Shown here: positions 60,144 through 64,000 of the stretch, piece by piece
How the letters are laid out: each line of letters opens with the position of its first letter
How positions within the stretch are numbered: the first letter of the stretch is position 1
From: a bacterium
GTDB taxonomy: Bacteria; RBG-13-61-14; DATKZS01
Direction: 5' to 3'
Assembly (NCBI GenBank): GCA_963674965.2
Contig: CAXXFL010000001.1
Coordinates: 1,504,001-1,568,000, forward strand
Length of the DNA stretch: 64,000 nucleotides
The notes under the pieces: model-generated
Databases searched by the model: none
What the model saw: the letters and a program-made list of their open reading frames with translations, nothing else
Told to the model about the DNA's origin: nothing
Made by a program: the position numbers and the translations under genes

Positions 60144-60761
60144 TCAGTTTCCCAGTTCCTCGTCCACGATTATCACCGTGGTCTGGGTAAGGACCGGACG
60201 GCGGTGAAGGATGACCTCGGCCCGGCAGATGCGGACCGGAGAGTTGCAGTCCGTGCATTTTCCCGTCTCGGCGCAGGGGGTCTTGGCATCGAGTTCCTTG
60301 GCCCGGATGGGGGCCGCCACCTTCTTGATCCGCTCCCGCGCCGCCTCGAGGTCGGGGGCGATCTTGTTCCTGCCCACGATGAAGACGACCTTGCCCGGCC
60401 CGAAGATGGTGGGAGACACGCGGTTGCCGAACCCGTCCATGTTGACTATCTCGCCGGTCATGGACACGGCGTTGGCCGAGGTCACCACCGCGTCGGCCGT
60501 GATCTGCTTTTTCCTTACCATCATGACCTCACCGGGACTCAGGCCCTCGTCCCAGTGGTCGAGGACCTCGTTGCCCCTTTCCTTCAGCGCCTCGACTACG
60601 CCGATGGCCCGGGCCGAGGCCGAGCCCGGCAGGGAGACGCTTCCTTTTTTCGGAATCTCCTTCAAGGCTATCTCGAGCGCCTCGGCCTTGTCCTTGGCGT
60701 ACTCGGCCTTGAAGCCGTGCTTCTTGAGATTGTCCATCGTCTTCTGGATTACTTCTTCCAT
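60144..60761 (-). CDS. LUD-domain (lactate utilization LutC-like) protein
   Basis: SANAV...GEIVNMDG.GNRV, GRNKI, PCA.TG.C.DC.SP.RIC. Confidence 0.88.
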   Translation of the reverse strand: MEEVIQKTMDNLKKHGFKAEYAKDKAEALEIALKEIPKKGSVSLPGSASARAIGVVEALKERGNEVLDHWDEGLSPGEVMMVRKKQITADAVVTSANAVSMTGEIVNMDGFGNRVSPTIFGPGKVVFIVGRNKIAPDLEAARERIKKVAAPIRAKELDAKTPCAETGKCTDCNSPVRICRAEVILHRRPVLTQTTVIIVDEELGN

Positions 60762-60890
60762 ACCTGACCCCTCCTTCATCGAGATTACATTTATATATCA
60801 CGCCCGGCCCCGCTTGGGAAGAAGAAAAAAGCCGCCCCGGCCATCTTTAGAAAGGCGGAGCGGCCCCCGTGGCCGGTTTATACCCGCGCG

Positions 60891-62900
60891 TCAATGCTCG
60901 TAGAGCGACTCGATCTCCCGCTTGTACTTGACGTTTATAACGCGGCGCTTGATCTTCTGGGTTGGCGTCAACTCCCCCGTCTCCTCGGCGAAGGGCGCGG
61001 GGAGGAGCCTGTAATATTTTATCTGCTCGTAGCGGGCGAGCTGCTCGTTCACCTTCTTTACCTTCTCGTCGAACATCTCGATCGTCTCGGGCCTGGCGAG
61101 CAGTTCCTCCATGCTCGAGTACTTTATGCCCTTGTCCCTGGCCCATCGCTCGAGCAGCTCGAACTGAGGCACCAAAAGGGCCGAAAGATATTTCCTGGCG
61201 TCTCCTATCACGCAGGCCTGCTCGATCATGGTGTCAAGGGCAAGGAGCATCTCGATGGGATGGGGCGCTATGTTCTTGCCGCCGGCCGTTACGATAAGTT
61301 CCTTTTTTCTGTCCGTGATCCTGAGGAACCCGTCCTCGTCGAACTCTCCTATATCGCCGGTCAGGAAGTAGCCCTCCTCGTTAAAGGCCTCATCCGTCAT
61401 CTCCGGCTTGTTGAAGTATCCCTTTTCCCTTTTGAATATCTGGGGTCCCTTCACCAGTATCTCGCCGTCCTCGGCCAGTTTAATCTCCGTGTTCTTGCAG
61501 GGACGGCCGACCGTTCCCGGCTTTTGCACCAGCCGGTGGACGACGAGGTTGGTGGCCACGAGCAGCTTGAATATGCCCACGGGATGGGCGAAGGGGTTGG
61601 TCCCCTGGCTCTGCATGACGACCATGGTGTCGATCAGGTAATCGAGGGCCTTGGCGTAAAGCCAGTTGTCGGGGATTTTCTCGATGAACTCGAGGCTGTT
61701 CCAGGACACGGCGCTGCAGGTCTCGGTCAGGCCGTAGCCCTCCCCTATCTGGAGGTTCATGGCGCGGAAGAAACGGTTGATTTCCTCGGGAAGGGCCCCG
61801 CCCCCGCTGGTGGCGAAGACCAGCCGGTCCAGGCCCGCCTCTTTTCTGACCTTGTCGTAGACCAGCGTGCCGGCCAGGGCGAACTGGATCGCCAGCCAGG
61901 GAGGAAGACGCTTGCCGCTGGACATGCAGTCCACCACCCTGGCCCCAACCCTGAGGCTCCAGTCCAGGATGGTTTTCCTCGCGCCCGTCATCCTCGAGGA
62001 GGTGACGAGGACCATCTCGTAAACCTTCTCGTAAAGGCGGGGAATGGTGATGAGCATCTGCGGCCGGACCTCGCGGAGGTTCCGGGGCACGGCCTGGTAA
62101 CTTTCGGCGAAATATATCTGGCCGCCCATGGCCATCAGCACGTGATACTCGGCGGTGCGGCCGTAGATATGGCAAAGGGGAAGATGGCAAAGCGATAAGA
62201 GCCTTATGCCTTGCTCGACCATCTTGTTGGTAATGGTCGAGTCAAGAAGCATTTCCGTCTCGGCCATGAAATTCGATTGAGTGAGAATAGCTCCCTTGGG
62301 CTCGCCCGTGGTACCCGAGGTATAGATTATAGCCGCGTCGTCATCTGCTGAAAGGTCCGCCCTTCTCGCCTCGAGCTCGGCCGCGGCCGTCGAGGACGAC
62401 CCGCCTTTTTTCAGGGCGTCGTCATAAGAGATAACCGACTCCCCGGCTTTTTCCTTGAGAGGGAACAGGGCCACTATGCAATCCAGAGCGGGAGCGTCGC
62501 CCTTTACGTCAAGGACCTGCTGGAGGAGTTTCTCGTCCCCCACCATGACCATCCTGGCGCCGCAGTCTTTAAGAATATAGCCAAGCTGCTGGTTGGTGCT
62601 GGTCGGGTAAATGGGCACGCCCAGGCCACCGGCGGCCTGAATGGCCTGGTCCGATATCATCCAGCGGGGACCGTTTTGGGAGAAGATAGCCGCCCTGTCG
62701 CCCTTGCAAAGGCCCAACTCGATAAGGGCCGCGCCCAGGGCCTTGACCTGCCGAGCGGTCTCTTCCCAGGAGATGGACTCGTACTTGTCCGTTTTTACTC
62801 CGTTTGGCTCTTTGCTCCAGAGGAAGGGGTCCCCTTTAAATTTTTCCGCTTGTTTAAAAAACAGTCCGCTCAAGGTCCTTTCGGTCAAGTAAGCGTGCAA
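60891..62900 (-). CDS. Long-chain-fatty-acid-CoA ligase
   Basis: IYTSGTTGEPKG, EGYGLTET, TGDIG, DRKKELI..AGGKNIAP, LTPTQKIKR; TTG start 8 nt after AGGAGG. Confidence 0.92.
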   Translation of the reverse strand: MHAYLTERTLSGLFFKQAEKFKGDPFLWSKEPNGVKTDKYESISWEETARQVKALGAALIELGLCKGDRAAIFSQNGPRWMISDQAIQAAGGLGVPIYPTSTNQQLGYILKDCGARMVMVGDEKLLQQVLDVKGDAPALDCIVALFPLKEKAGESVISYDDALKKGGSSSTAAAELEARRADLSADDDAAIIYTSGTTGEPKGAILTQSNFMAETEMLLDSTITNKMVEQGIRLLSLCHLPLCHIYGRTAEYHVLMAMGGQIYFAESYQAVPRNLREVRPQMLITIPRLYEKVYEMVLVTSSRMTGARKTILDWSLRVGARVVDCMSSGKRLPPWLAIQFALAGTLVYDKVRKEAGLDRLVFATSGGGALPEEINRFFRAMNLQIGEGYGLTETCSAVSWNSLEFIEKIPDNWLYAKALDYLIDTMVVMQSQGTNPFAHPVGIFKLLVATNLVVHRLVQKPGTVGRPCKNTEIKLAEDGEILVKGPQIFKREKGYFNKPEMTDEAFNEEGYFLTGDIGEFDEDGFLRITDRKKELIVTAGGKNIAPHPIEMLLALDTMIEQACVIGDARKYLSALLVPQFELLERWARDKGIKYSSMEELLARPETIEMFDEKVKKVNEQLARYEQIKYYRLLPAPFAEETGELTPTQKIKRRVINVKYKREIESLYEH

Positions 62901-63273
62901 CTTCTCATCCTCCTTTTACGCCGGGGTGTACTGAAATTGTAATATTGGGACCGGCTTTTTCAAAACGGACGTTAAAATCCAGCGCGGCCCGGGGCACAGC
63001 GGCTTTTCAGGGCAAGGGAAGATTATGGGATAATCCGCGCGCGGCGAAAATCAAGATGTTATTTTGGTCCCTTTCCGTCCAGTTCGATTATATCCGAATT
63101 GGCCGGCAAAAGCATAATCCAAAAATAGAACATGACTTGCCGCCGGTTCAACCGATGGTGAAAGCTTAATAACAAAAGACCATAACCTTGGATGACGGCC
63201 CGCGAACATGCCAATGGCCGCCCCGGTTTCAGGAGGGAATCGAAACCGGGACGGCTCGGCCAATAGGAGCGGA

Positions 63274-64000
63274 TTACTTTTTGATTATCTCGATGAACGC
63301 CTCGACCCTGGTCTTGAGGACCTGCATGTCCTCCATGCTGTAGTCGGTCTCGATCTTGAGCATGGGAACGCCCGCGTCTTTAAGGGCTTTTTCCACCTTG
63401 AAGGCCTCGCTGGTATAAGGCGCGCAAAACTGGAGGGCGTAGTGAATCACCCCGTCCACCTCGAGGTCTTTGGCCATTTCGACTATATGCTCGAGCCTTT
63501 CATGGTTGGGCGTAAAGCAGGCGCAGTCGATTTTCATGTACCGGTCGGCGATGGCGTCAATCATGCCGTCAAGAGTCGAGCCCGACTCGTCGACCAGGTC
63601 GCGGGTATTCCTGGTACCGATGCACGATTCCTCGCCCACGATAACGGCGCCGCTGGACTCGATCACGAAGGGCATCTTCCAGTTGGGCACGGCCATGGGA
63701 CAACCGGCGAGCATGAGGCGAGGCGTGTCCTTGGCCGCCACTCCCTCGCCCCTCGAGATTCTTCCCTCGATCTCGTCGCAAAGCTCGTTCATCTTTTGAA
63801 TGAACCTTGGCGGGTCGTCGTAAAAGGATATCTGGTTGATCAAAAGCGCGTCCCTTCCCGAAATGGGGACGGGCAAGGACTTGCGAAGGCGGTTAAGGCG
63901 CTGGAGAACCCGGCGCTTGTCGTTGACCAGCTTGATTCCGGCGGCCAGCTTTTCCGCGGTTATTTTTTTGCCCGAGAGTTCCTCCATCTTTTTGATGAAG
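63274..64000 (-). CDS. 2-hydroxyacyl-CoA dehydratase family / double-cubane-cluster reductase (3' part; start outside the window)
   Basis: GCPMA.PNWK, EESCIGTR, CACFTPN, QFC.PY, ETDYS.ED...TRVEAF; frame open to the window edge. Confidence 0.85.
   Translation of the reverse strand, partial: FIKKMEELSGKKITAEKLAAGIKLVNDKRRVLQRLNRLRKSLPVPISGRDALLINQISFYDDPPRFIQKMNELCDEIEGRISRGEGVAAKDTPRLMLAGCPMAVPNWKMPFVIESSGAVIVGEESCIGTRNTRDLVDESGSTLDGMIDAIADRYMKIDCACFTPNHERLEHIVEMAKDLEVDGVIHYALQFCAPYTSEAFKVEKALKDAGVPMLKIETDYSMEDMQVLKTRVEAFIEIIKK

Overview
GC-rich, gene-dense chromosomal segment, most consistent with an anaerobic Desulfobacterota/deltaproteobacterium-like organism (inferred from gene content). 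It holds about 52 CDSs; I could not recognise any rRNA, tRNA or CRISPR array. Main blocks: a GMC oxidoreductase/RluA/HEAT cluster; a SPOR gene and a nucleotide-sugar operon (rmlC-rmlB-rmlD-ugd-uxs) with an inserted ClpX-type zinc-finger gene; a ferredoxin:disulfide reductase-rubredoxin fusion with a glutaredoxin; a TPP lyase, ackA and a MaoC hydratase; an SPFH/zinc-ribbon module; a 1415-aa PlsA/Ger-like activase-reductase overlapping plsB (candidate anaerobic ether-lipid/plasmalogen operon, the top finding); trxC; a hybrid histidine kinase; a DEAD-box helicase; a 186-bp MITE carrying a REP doublet; a reduced Hmc/Tmc-like complex with a hexaheme cytochrome; ycjXF; three GT-C-like membrane proteins; thyX; a GH1; an esterase; DUF711/ACT; an archaeal-looking purM; a complete 1764-bp IS with 6-bp target duplication; a LUD protein; an acyl-CoA ligase; and a truncated double-cubane/2-hydroxyacyl-CoA dehydratase gene. 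Product calls come from reading motifs by eye, not from database searches.
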